From contig DIRN01000023.1 of assembly GCA_002426645.1 (NCBI GenBank), positions 4,947 through 68,946 of the forward strand: 64,000 nt of DNA. The letters run 5' to 3'. Source of the stretch: Firmicutes bacterium UBA5435 (GTDB lineage Bacteria; Bacillota; UBA5435). Positions 1 through 8,984 of the stretch are shown here, piece after piece. Numbering within the stretch: position 1 is the first letter of the stretch; every line of letters begins with the position of its first letter. The position numbers and the translations under genes were made by a program. The notes below the pieces were generated by a model, which ran no database searches, had not been told where the DNA came from, and saw only the letters and a list, made by a program, of their open reading frames with translations.

Positions 1-1273
1 ACCCGAGGATTGGGAGGTTTCTAAAGGAAAGTATCTATATATAAGAAACGATGGAGGAATTTGGGGAGTTGATTGTGATGAAAATAAAGGGTATATTGTT
101 TTACGGTCTACAGAACAACTAGCAGATGGCACACTACAAATTGCAAATCCGGCAGTGCGAGGATTAAGTAAAAAGGAATTTGCAAATACGAAATTAATAG
201 AAGGCGATATCATAATAACAAAATCAAGCGGAAGCATGGCACATATTGGGAAAGCAAGCTATGTAACGGACCTGATTGAGTCTATGAATTGCAGTTTTTC
301 AAACTTCATGCAAAGAATTCGTTTCAAAGGCCCCTACCCCAAATATTATTGGTATGTAATAAATTCAATTATTGTAAGGGAGCAGTTTAACTACCTATCT
401 ACAACGACAACTGGGCTTAATAATATTAGTGCGGAAATGTTGAGAGAAATAATAATACCTTCTCCTCCTTTATATATTCAAAAAGCTATCGCCAACTACC
501 TTGACGAAAAAGTAGCCAAAATCGACCACATAATAGAAAAGACCAAGGAATCCATAGAGGAATATAAAAAATATAAGCAATCCCTAATTACAGAAACAGT
601 TACCAAAGGATTAAATCCAAATGTAGAAATGAAAGATAGTGGGATTGAATGGATTGGAGAAATACCGGAGCATTGGAAAATAACTAAATCAAAGTTCTTG
701 TACGACATAGTATTGGGAAAAATGTTATGCACTAAACAAATTGATAATAGTTATACTCTTGAAAACTACTTATGCGCACAAAACATTAAATGGGAAGGTA
801 TATCAACAAAAGAAATTAAACAAATGTGGTTCTCACCTAGGGAAAAAAAGCAATATTTATTAAAATATGGCGATGTTGTAGTAGTTGAAGGTGGTGACAT
901 AGGTGTCTCATCCGTATATAAGGGCGAGGCTAAGCCTTGCTGTATTCAAAATGCTGTTCATAAAGTAAGCAGTAAGGGTAATAGTTTAAATAAACTATTT
1001 TATTACTGGATGACTGTTGTTGTATCAAGCGGCTATTTAGATACAATATGTAATAAAGCAACAATTAGACACTATACTAAAGAAAAACTAGAAAACACTC
1101 CAATTTTATTTATTCCTGTTAGAGAGCAATGTGAAATAGTTAGCTATCTTGATAAAAAGTGCAGCAAAATAAACAATCTTATTACCCAAAAAGAGCAACT
1201 ATTAACAGAACTTGAATCATATAAAAAATCACTTATTTATGAATATGTAACCGGAAAAAAGCAGGTAGTTTAG
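1..1273 (+). CDS. hsdS: Type I restriction-modification specificity subunit (5' truncated by window edge)
   Basis: Frame open from base 2 (PEDWEV...). Conserved repeat MKDSGIEWIGEIPEHW, two target-recognition domains, helical spacers ending SLITETVTKG and SLIYEYVTGK. Confidence 0.93.
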   Translation, partial: PEDWEVSKGKYLYIRNDGGIWGVDCDENKGYIVLRSTEQLADGTLQIANPAVRGLSKKEFANTKLIEGDIIITKSSGSMAHIGKASYVTDLIESMNCSFSNFMQRIRFKGPYPKYYWYVINSIIVREQFNYLSTTTTGLNNISAEMLREIIIPSPPLYIQKAIANYLDEKVAKIDHIIEKTKESIEEYKKYKQSLITETVTKGLNPNVEMKDSGIEWIGEIPEHWKITKSKFLYDIVLGKMLCTKQIDNSYTLENYLCAQNIKWEGISTKEIKQMWFSPREKKQYLLKYGDVVVVEGGDIGVSSVYKGEAKPCCIQNAVHKVSSKGNSLNKLFYYWMTVVVSSGYLDTICNKATIRHYTKEKLENTPILFIPVREQCEIVSYLDKKCSKINNLITQKEQLLTELESYKKSLIYEYVTGKKQVV

Positions 1274-1328
1274 AGTATAAGGATGTGGGAATAGCCTTCC
1301 CTTATCCCGATACAAAGGAGGTATTAAG

Positions 1329-4300
1329 TTGGAGTATAAAGAAAAAAGATTCGAAGGGGACATCGAATGTTTTTTACTGACAGCTGGGGAATATGTTAAA
1401 GGAGATTTAAAGACTTATGACAGGGAAAAAGCCATTGATATGCCTAAATTAATAGAGTTTATCAAGGCTACTCAACCCAAGCAATGGGAAAGATATCTGA
1501 GAAATTATCAAGATGAAGCTGAGAAGAAACTATACAAAAGGTTCAATGAAGAAGTAGAAATGCACGGACTACTTCACGTGATCAGGAATGGAATTAACGA
1601 TAGAGGCGTGAAATTGAGAGTTGCCTATTTTAGACCAGAATCCACTTTAAACCCTGATGTAATAGAAAGATATGAGAAAAATGTTCTAACTTGTACTAGG
1701 CAGTTTAAATACTCTACAGATAATGAAAACTCTATTGACATGGTATTATCTCTCAATGGAATTCCCATAGTAGCGCTTGAATTAAAAAACCAGATTACAG
1801 GTCAGTCTGTAGAAAATGCTAAAGCTCAATTCATGTACGATAGAAACCCACGGGAGAAATGCTTTCAATTTAATTCAAGATTTTTAGTCTACTTTGTTGT
1901 AGACTTATATGAAGTTTATATGACTACTCAACTTAAGGGCAAACATACTTACTTTTTGCCTTTCAACCAAGGCTCTAATGGTGCGGGAGAAGTCGGAGGA
2001 GCAGGAAACCCTGAAAATCCAAGTGGATATGCTACATCTTATTTATGGGAAAAGGTCTTAACTAAAGATGTCTTGATGGACGTTTTGCAAAGATATATGC
2101 ACTTAGACATCGAGACTAAGATTACTATAAAAGATGGAAGAGAAATCAAGAGAGAATCCAAGAAGCTAATCTTCCCGAGGTACCATCAACTTGATGTAGT
2201 AACAAAGTTATTAGCAGATGTAAAGAAAAAGGGTACAGGGGATGACTATCTAATACAACATAGTGCAGGCTCTGGAAAGAGTAACTCCATTGCATGGTTA
2301 GCTTATGGATTATCTAACCTTCATGACAAAGACAATAAGCCCATATTTACATCTATTATCGTTGTATCAGATAGAAAAGTCTTAGACAGTCAACTACAGG
2401 ATACAATCTCAAGTTTTGACCATACTCCGGGGGTTGTAGAAACAATTGGCGAGGGTAAGACCTCTCAAGATCTTAAGGAAGCAATTAATAATAATATTAA
2501 GATCATAGTAACTACCCTTCAAAAGTTCCCAGTAATATATGAAGACGTTGACGACAGTACAGGTAAAAGATTCGCAGTGATCATAGACGAGGCCCACCAG
2601 AGTCAAACAGGAAGCAGTGCCAGAATGTTAAGAGAAACTCTTGCTGATACTGAAGAAGCATTAAGGGAATTCGCTGAAATCGAAGGTAAGGCTGAAGCAG
2701 AACTTGAAGATGCTGAAGACAAGTTAGTAAAAGAACTACTGGCTCAGGGCAAACACAAAAACTTATCGTTCTTTGCTTATACAGCCACTCCAAAAGAAAA
2801 AACACTAGAACTATTTGGTGAAAAACAAAAAGACGGCTCTTTTAAAGCGTTTCATAATTACAGTATGCGGCAAGCCATCGAAGAAGGATTTATACTTGAT
2901 GTATTAAAAAACTATATGACATACCTGACTTGCTATAAAATTGCAAAAACCATAGACGAAAACCCAGAAGTTCCGTCATCGATTGCAGTAAGAACTATAA
3001 AACGTTACGCCTCTCTCCATCCGCATAATTTGCAGCAAAAAACAGCAATAATGGTTGAACAGTTTAGAGAGATAACAAAGAATAAAATAAACGGTAGAGC
3101 CAAAGCCATGGTAGTAACAGCTTCGAGACTCCATGCCGTTAGGTACTATCATGAGTTCAAGAACTATATTAAATTAAAGGGTTACGACGATTTAGATATC
3201 CTAATCGCCTTTTCAGGGGTGATTAAGGATAAGGGAGAAGAATACACTGAAGAAAAAATGAATAAACGAAAAGACAGCACAACTATAAACGAAAAACAAC
3301 TTCCAGCAGAATTTAGCTCAGATGATTTCAATGTATTAATAGTAGCTGAAAAATATCAAACAGGATTTGACGAACCACTACTTCATACAATGTTTGTAGA
3401 TAAAAAGCTTTCAGGGGTCAAGGCAGTCCAGACTCTCTCAAGGCTTAACAGAATACACCCTGATAAAGAAGATACTTTTATACTAGACTTTGTAAATACT
3501 AAAGAAGAAATAGAAGAGGCCTTCAAGCCTTACTACGAAGCTACAATATTAGATGAAGAAATTAATGTCAATTTAATTTATGATACTAGGACGCTTTTAA
3601 GGAGATTTAGGCTTTACAACCAAGACGATATTGAAAAATTCGTCAAAATTTACTACAAGAAAGGAAACCAAACTGCCACTGATTTAGGCAAGATGACTAG
3701 CTTCCTAAAGCCAATTGTCGATAGATACATCCAACTTGATGAAGAAAAAAGATTTGACTTTAAAAAGACCATAAGAAACTTCAGTAAGTGGTATTCTTAT
3801 ATTACGCAAATAGCAAGAATGTATGATAAAGAATTGCATAAAGAATATGTTTTTGCAACATATCTTGAAAAAATGCTACCGAGAGTAATGGAAACTAACA
3901 TTGACTTAGAAAACAAACTAAAACTAGAATTTTATAAACTAGAACAAACTTTTAAGGGAGATATTGCTCTTGAACCAAGTGCTGATTATCAGACGTTAGA
4001 AAATCCCAAGACCATTAATACAGATGGTAAACTAATAGACGAAGATGAATTTTTAGAAGAAATCATTAAAAGGGTTAACGAGAGGTATAAAGGGAAATTC
4101 ACTGAGGGTGATCGTGTTATATCGGAAACAGTCTACAAAAGAATGTGTAAAGGAGAACGAAGTAAAAAACTTGAAAGATACGCCAAGAATAACGATTCAG
4201 AAGTATTTCAAAAAAGTATTATCCCAGAGGAATTTAAAAAAGCTGCCCAGGAGTGCTATATGGAATCAATGGAGTCGTTTACTAAGTTATTTGAAGATAA

Positions 4301-4367
4301 GGAGTTCTATAGGTTAGTGATGGAAGAAGTCGGAAGAGTATTATACAAAGAATTGAGAAACAAATAA
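1329..4367 (+). CDS. hsdR: Type I restriction enzyme R subunit
   Basis: D..LELK nuclease motif, Walker A HSAGSGKS, DEAH box, TATP, TGFD.P motifs. SD AAGGAGG, TTG start. Confidence 0.95.
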   Translation: MEYKEKRFEGDIECFLLTAGEYVKGDLKTYDREKAIDMPKLIEFIKATQPKQWERYLRNYQDEAEKKLYKRFNEEVEMHGLLHVIRNGINDRGVKLRVAYFRPESTLNPDVIERYEKNVLTCTRQFKYSTDNENSIDMVLSLNGIPIVALELKNQITGQSVENAKAQFMYDRNPREKCFQFNSRFLVYFVVDLYEVYMTTQLKGKHTYFLPFNQGSNGAGEVGGAGNPENPSGYATSYLWEKVLTKDVLMDVLQRYMHLDIETKITIKDGREIKRESKKLIFPRYHQLDVVTKLLADVKKKGTGDDYLIQHSAGSGKSNSIAWLAYGLSNLHDKDNKPIFTSIIVVSDRKVLDSQLQDTISSFDHTPGVVETIGEGKTSQDLKEAINNNIKIIVTTLQKFPVIYEDVDDSTGKRFAVIIDEAHQSQTGSSARMLRETLADTEEALREFAEIEGKAEAELEDAEDKLVKELLAQGKHKNLSFFAYTATPKEKTLELFGEKQKDGSFKAFHNYSMRQAIEEGFILDVLKNYMTYLTCYKIAKTIDENPEVPSSIAVRTIKRYASLHPHNLQQKTAIMVEQFREITKNKINGRAKAMVVTASRLHAVRYYHEFKNYIKLKGYDDLDILIAFSGVIKDKGEEYTEEKMNKRKDSTTINEKQLPAEFSSDDFNVLIVAEKYQTGFDEPLLHTMFVDKKLSGVKAVQTLSRLNRIHPDKEDTFILDFVNTKEEIEEAFKPYYEATILDEEINVNLIYDTRTLLRRFRLYNQDDIEKFVKIYYKKGNQTATDLGKMTSFLKPIVDRYIQLDEEKRFDFKKTIRNFSKWYSYITQIARMYDKELHKEYVFATYLEKMLPRVMETNIDLENKLKLEFYKLEQTFKGDIALEPSADYQTLENPKTINTDGKLIDEDEFLEEIIKRVNERYKGKFTEGDRVISETVYKRMCKGERSKKLERYAKNNDSEVFQKSIIPEEFKKAAQECYMESMESFTKLFEDKEFYRLVMEEVGRVLYKELRNK

Positions 4368-4405
4368 TTTATCGTAAAATACATAAGTAATTATGGTGCA
4401 AAACC

Positions 4406-4658
4406 CCTTATAATGACCATAAACAGATGAACTTGCTTAATAATACCAACTGGATGGACCCTAGAGTCGCGAAGTTGAAGGTTTTGTGCGATAGAGGAAG
4501 TCCCAATTTTTCTGGATCTTGAGTATATAAAACACCTTGAAAATTTCTATTTTAACTACCTAGTAAGCTATGCTCTTGGAGTCAGAAACTTAAGTGATAA
4601 AAACCTAGCTGAGCGATCCCTCTCGGGACAAGCCAGATATGATACAGAAAAACATTGA
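4406..4658 (+). pseudogene. Internally deleted IS5/IS1182-like transposase N-terminal fragment
   Basis: Two frames read PYNDHKQMNLLNNTNWMDPRV...DRGSPNF and LEYIKHLENFYFNYLVSYALGVRNLSDKNLAERSL. These resemble the N-terminal (DUF772-type) region of Firmicute IS transposases. Frameshift present; no DDE domain. Confidence 0.6.
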
Positions 4659-4788
4659 CAGCTCAAGGAGCTATCGCATTAAGATTTACCTACTGATTTA
4701 ATAACCGTTGATATTGTTATATCCTGTGACAAAAGTATTAAGGCAGTGGAAAAAACATAATGGATATGATAGAATATTAGAGGCAGGT

Positions 4789-4958
4789 AAAAGAAAGAGT
4801 CTGCTGATATCTGTAGACAACCGCAACCTACCATTCCACAGAAGACCACAAAGGGTATCTACTGGAGGAACTCGCGAGGCGATTGTTTAGCTTTGAGCCA
4901 TAAACGAGGAGGCCTTTCAGCCAACCACATATCGTAATATGGCCTGATATCAGCAGAC
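4789..4958 (-). ncRNA. Candidate ~165-nt structured RNA of unknown family
   Basis: Perfect 13-bp closing stem (4799-4811/4946-4958). Internal hairpins with UACG and GAAA loops. -10 TATACT 6 nt upstream; U-rich tail downstream. Confidence 0.6.
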
Positions 4959-5053
4959 GATAGTAGTATATCCTTTTTTATGAGTTCTTATACATCATAA
5001 ATTGTTTTATACGCGTGGTGCTTGCAATGGTTCGTTTAAGGAGGAAATCTTTA

Positions 5054-6592
5054 ATGTCCGGTCGCTTCAGAGCATCTGTCTTACTTGATGAAGACTTTTC
5101 TGTAATATGGGAACTTGTTCCCGATAAGGGTGCAAGGGAAAGAACTCAAAAAGAGGTTTTAGCCGATATAGAGAAGGTCGCTCAAGATGAAAGGGTTCAT
5201 GCAATTGCGATAACGGACAACCCTAATGGAGAATCGGAGATTTCTGCGACTTACTTAGGGATGGACATTTCTAAGCTCGGAATAGAGCCTCTCGTTTACT
5301 TTACTTGTAAAGATAAGAATCGAAATCAGATGGAAAGTGAATTACATGCCATGGCTCGAGCAGGTATATCTAATTTGCTGGTTATGACAGGAGATTATCC
5401 TATAAACGGATTTAAAGGTGGTCCTAAGCCCGTCTTTGACCTTGATTCTATTCACGTACTGCAACTTATAAATGAGATGAACCATGGTCTAAAGGTTAGG
5501 TCCTCTACTACAATGGCATATACTAATTTCTTCGCTGGTGCAGTCGTCTCTCCTTTTAAAAGAGAAGAAGCAGAATTAATGACCCAGTACTTTAAATTAC
5601 AAAAAAAGATAGAGGCTGGAGCCAAATTTATCATAACTCAACTTGGATATGACGCTCGTAAATTCCATGAGATACTTCAATATGTCCAGATGAAAGGTTG
5701 GAATGCACCAGTCATTGCCAATATTTATGTTTTAACATATGGGGTTGCGCGGATCATGAATTCAGGGCGTTTTCCAGGTCGCGTTGTTACTGATAGACTT
5801 ATGAAGATAATTGAGAATGAGAGGGATGCACCAGATGGAGGTTTAGAAGCACGCCTTAACAGATCTGCTAAGATGTATGCGATTTTAAAAGGAATGGGCT
5901 TTTCAGGTGTGCATATAGGTGGGCATGGTCTTAAATATCGAGATCTATCTCGTATAATCGAAGAAGGCGAATCTTTAGTCTCTAACTGGTCAGAATTTGT
6001 ACATGAATTTGACTACCCGCAGGAAAATGGCTTTTATTATTTTAAGAAGGATGAGTCCACAAACTTAAATTCTGACGAACCAGTAGATCTTTCTAGAAAC
6101 ATACATAATAAGTCTCTTCATCATATTTTCTCGCGAGGAGTTGAAAAGGTTAAATTTAATCCGAAGAGTTTCTTTTTCAAACCTCTCCATTCTATAGCTT
6201 CGTCCATAGATGGTTCTTGGTTTGAAAGATACTTTACTTCTTTTGAATACTGGATTAAAGGCCTTAGTAATAATTGTATGGCTTGTGGAGATTGTGTGCT
6301 TTTAGAACTAGCTTATTTATGTCCAATGTCTCAATGCCCTAAAAATCAAAGGAATGGACCATGTGGGGGGAGCCTTAATGGTTGGTGCCAGGTGAATCCA
6401 GAGAAAAAATGTTTCTACGTTAGAGTATATAACAGGCTAAAGTCTTATGGCGAAGAAGAAACTTTAGCAGCTCACCTTATACCACCATATGATTGGAGAC
6501 TTTACCATACATCTTCTTGGCTTAATTTTTATTTAGGAAGGGATCATTCTGCAGAAAAATCGGGTATTAAAAGACATAACGGTAATGAATAG
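5054..6592 (+). CDS. metF: Methylenetetrahydrofolate reductase fused to a C-terminal Cys-rich MetV-like domain
   Basis: MTHFR motifs (ITDNP, TGDYP, KKIEAGAKFIITQ). C-terminal CMACGDC..CPMSQCPKNQRNGPCGGS..C..C. SD AAGGAGG before ATG 5054. Confidence 0.85.
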   Translation: MSGRFRASVLLDEDFSVIWELVPDKGARERTQKEVLADIEKVAQDERVHAIAITDNPNGESEISATYLGMDISKLGIEPLVYFTCKDKNRNQMESELHAMARAGISNLLVMTGDYPINGFKGGPKPVFDLDSIHVLQLINEMNHGLKVRSSTTMAYTNFFAGAVVSPFKREEAELMTQYFKLQKKIEAGAKFIITQLGYDARKFHEILQYVQMKGWNAPVIANIYVLTYGVARIMNSGRFPGRVVTDRLMKIIENERDAPDGGLEARLNRSAKMYAILKGMGFSGVHIGGHGLKYRDLSRIIEEGESLVSNWSEFVHEFDYPQENGFYYFKKDESTNLNSDEPVDLSRNIHNKSLHHIFSRGVEKVKFNPKSFFFKPLHSIASSIDGSWFERYFTSFEYWIKGLSNNCMACGDCVLLELAYLCPMSQCPKNQRNGPCGGSLNGWCQVNPEKKCFYVRVYNRLKSYGEEETLAAHLIPPYDWRLYHTSSWLNFYLGRDHSAEKSGIKRHNGNE

Positions 6593-6607
6593 CCATGCTT
6601 AAAAGTA

Positions 6608-6636
6608 TTGTATCCTTTAGGTTCTTTTGGTATAAT
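6608..6636 (+). promoter_or_regulatory. Sigma-A promoter of leuB-sbcD-addBA
   Basis: TTGTAT-17-TATAAT with TG extension. Confidence 0.7.
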
Positions 6637-6691
6637 AATTTATGACTGAAGGTTATGATCCTTCATTTAAATGAGGAGATTGTTATAGAGA

Positions 6692-6734
6692 AAGGATGGT
6701 GGAAGCACCTGGATATATTCCAGGTCATTTAATG
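6692..6734 (+). promoter_or_regulatory. Hairpin-bridged ribosome-binding site of leuB
   Basis: SD-like AAGGATGGTG (6692-6701), stem ACCTGGA/TCCAGGT (6707-6725), 6 nt, ATG 6732. Confidence 0.55.
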
Positions 6735-7784
6735 TACAATATTGCTGTAATCCCTGGAGATGGAACAGGGCCTGAAGTTGTCCGCGAGGGTCTTAAGGTT
6801 CTAGAGGCTGCTAGTCAGAAGTATGGTTTCAAGTATAATACAGTGAATTTCGATTTTGGAGGAGAGCGATATCTACGTACAGGAGAGGTTTTACCAGACT
6901 CTGCAGTAGAGGAGCTACGCACCTTTGATGCAATATACCTTGGCGCTATAGGGCATCCAAAGGTTAAACCAGGCATCCTAGAAAAAGGGATCCTACTTAG
7001 ACTGAGGTTTGAATTGGATCAATACATCAACCTTAGACCCGTTAAACTTTACCCAGGAGTATGGACGCCTTTAAAGGATAAAGGCCCAGATGAAATAGAT
7101 TTTGTGGTGGTACGGGAGAACACTGAAGGACTTTATGCTGGGAGTGGAGGCTTCTTAAGAAAGGGCACACCAGACGAAGTGGCTATACAGGAGTCTATAA
7201 ATACCAGGAAAGGCGTTGAACGTTGCCTCAGGTATGCTTTTGAGTATTGTAAGAAACGAAATAAGAGAAACACATTAACACTTTGTGGAAAGACTAACGT
7301 GCTCACTTATGCCTTTGACTTATGGAATAGGGCATTTAACGAAGTTGGCGCAGAGTATCCTGATATTAAAAGGGACTATGCTCATGTGGATGCCATATGT
7401 ATGTGGATGATCAAGAACCCTGAATGGTTCGATGTTATAGTCACTGACAACATATTCGGTGATATAATCACTGATCTTGGCGCCATGATTCAGGGAGGAA
7501 TGGGCATTGCTGCAGGCGGAAACATTAACCCTGAAGGCGTATCAATGTTTGAACCTATAGGCGGTTCTGCTCCAAAGTATACTGGCCAGAACGTCATTAA
7601 CCCTCTAGCAGCTATTTCAGCTGTAGGAATGATGATGGAGACCCTTGGCCAGGACACTGCTGCTAACTCAATAGAGAGCGCTGTAATTGAAGTTTGCAGA
7701 GACCATATTAAATCTCTTTCAGCAGGGAAGATGGGATATTCTACTAACGAAGTAGGGGATTTGGTAGTCCAACATCTTCCTTAA
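6732..7784 (+). CDS. leuB: 3-isopropylmalate dehydrogenase (beta-decarboxylating dehydrogenase family)
   Basis: [44 protein letters not shown]. Start placed at MYNIAV; the ORF extends upstream to 6696. Confidence 0.8.
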   Translation: MYNIAVIPGDGTGPEVVREGLKVLEAASQKYGFKYNTVNFDFGGERYLRTGEVLPDSAVEELRTFDAIYLGAIGHPKVKPGILEKGILLRLRFELDQYINLRPVKLYPGVWTPLKDKGPDEIDFVVVRENTEGLYAGSGGFLRKGTPDEVAIQESINTRKGVERCLRYAFEYCKKRNKRNTLTLCGKTNVLTYAFDLWNRAFNEVGAEYPDIKRDYAHVDAICMWMIKNPEWFDVIVTDNIFGDIITDLGAMIQGGMGIAAGGNINPEGVSMFEPIGGSAPKYTGQNVINPLAAISAVGMMMETLGQDTAANSIESAVIEVCRDHIKSLSAGKMGYSTNEVGDLVVQHLP

Positions 7785-7811
7785 TAAAGGATTAAATAAG
7801 GAGGGGGAGAT

Positions 7812-8939
7812 ATGCCCATTCGTATATTACATATAGCAGATTTACATATGGGATGGTCCCCTTCTTATCTTAAAGACTTAGCTGAGGAACATAGAGGAGA
7901 ACGTCATCTCATTCTCAAGGATATAGTTAATTATGGAATAGATAAGAAGAACCAGATAGATATGATGATAATAGCTGGGGACCTATTTGAAACTCATTGT
8001 CCCCCAAAGAGTTTGGTTGCAGAGGTTATTAGAGAACTTAAGCGTATTATTGACGCTGGTATCATCCTAATAACAGTACCAGGGAATCATGATGAGATAA
8101 CTTATCATGATTCTGTTTATAGGGAGAGGAGACGGGACTGGCCTGGAATATTAGTTAATAATCCAATGCCACAACATATAGTGGATTTCCAACTACATGG
8201 CGTCAAATGCCATATCTACTCTATGGCATACACAGGTGGCCTTACCAAGACCTCCTCTCCAGTCCCTGTAGTACCTAGAGTATCTACAGGTGGGATACAT
8301 ATAGGGATCTTTCATGGTTCTATCCCATCAAGAGATTGGGATTATAAAGATAGGAGTCTTCCACTGTCCCCTAAGTCATTAAAAGATTCTGGCTATAATT
8401 ATGTAGCCATGGGCCATATCCATAAAAAGAACCTTTTCCGTCTAGGAGACTCTCAAATTCTCTATCCAGGGATTATAGGGGGAAAGGGATTCTCTGATCC
8501 AGGAGAAGGAACTTTCACTGCAGTAACTATAGATGAGGAAGAAATACAAATACAAGAGATCCCAGCCAATGTCAGACCTATCAGAACCACTACAATAGAT
8601 ATTACTGATTTTGATTCCCAAGAGGGCCTTGAGAATCTTATAAAAGCAGAGAGCGATGAGAGGGCAATTCAAAGGATCCAATTAAGGGGCATCTGTTCTT
8701 TTTCATTACACATACAAGACTTGTTAGAGCGTGTCCAACCGTATTACTACTACCTACAAATTTCTGATGATACATCGGTCCTTTCAGAGAGTTTACTGAC
8801 AAGGTACACAGAGGAGCCCACTGTCAGAGGTGTATTTGCTCAGAAGATATTCCAAGCCATATCAGAATGTGAAGACGATGTGGAGAAGGAGAGACTTAAA
8901 AAAGCCCTCCTTTATGGCATCGCAGCTTTTAAGGGTTAA
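7812..8939 (+). CDS. SbcD/Mre11-family DNA repair exonuclease
   Basis: Metallophosphoesterase motifs HIADLH, AGDLFE, PGNHD, FHG, GHIH. Confidence 0.88.
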   Translation: MPIRILHIADLHMGWSPSYLKDLAEEHRGERHLILKDIVNYGIDKKNQIDMMIIAGDLFETHCPPKSLVAEVIRELKRIIDAGIILITVPGNHDEITYHDSVYRERRRDWPGILVNNPMPQHIVDFQLHGVKCHIYSMAYTGGLTKTSSPVPVVPRVSTGGIHIGIFHGSIPSRDWDYKDRSLPLSPKSLKDSGYNYVAMGHIHKKNLFRLGDSQILYPGIIGGKGFSDPGEGTFTAVTIDEEEIQIQEIPANVRPIRTTTIDITDFDSQEGLENLIKAESDERAIQRIQLRGICSFSLHIQDLLERVQPYYYYLQISDDTSVLSESLLTRYTEEPTVRGVFAQKIFQAISECEDDVEKERLKKALLYGIAAFKG

Positions 8940-8950
8940 ATCATCAGAGA

Positions 8951-8984
8951 GGAGGAGGCAACATAAGTTGCCTTATTATCTATG
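8951..8984 (+). promoter_or_regulatory. Hairpin-bridged ribosome-binding site of addB
   Basis: GGAGG (8951-8955), stem AGGCAAC/GTTGCCT (8956-8973), 8 nt, ATG 8982. Confidence 0.65.

Noticed and set aside
4708-4890. 60-aa plus-strand ORF
   Set aside because: No SD or recognisable motif, and it overlaps the structured RNA candidate.
4799-4958. Retron msr-msd, or a SAM/THF riboswitch for metF
   Set aside because: No reverse transcriptase in the window and no riboswitch consensus. The structure favours the strand opposite metF.
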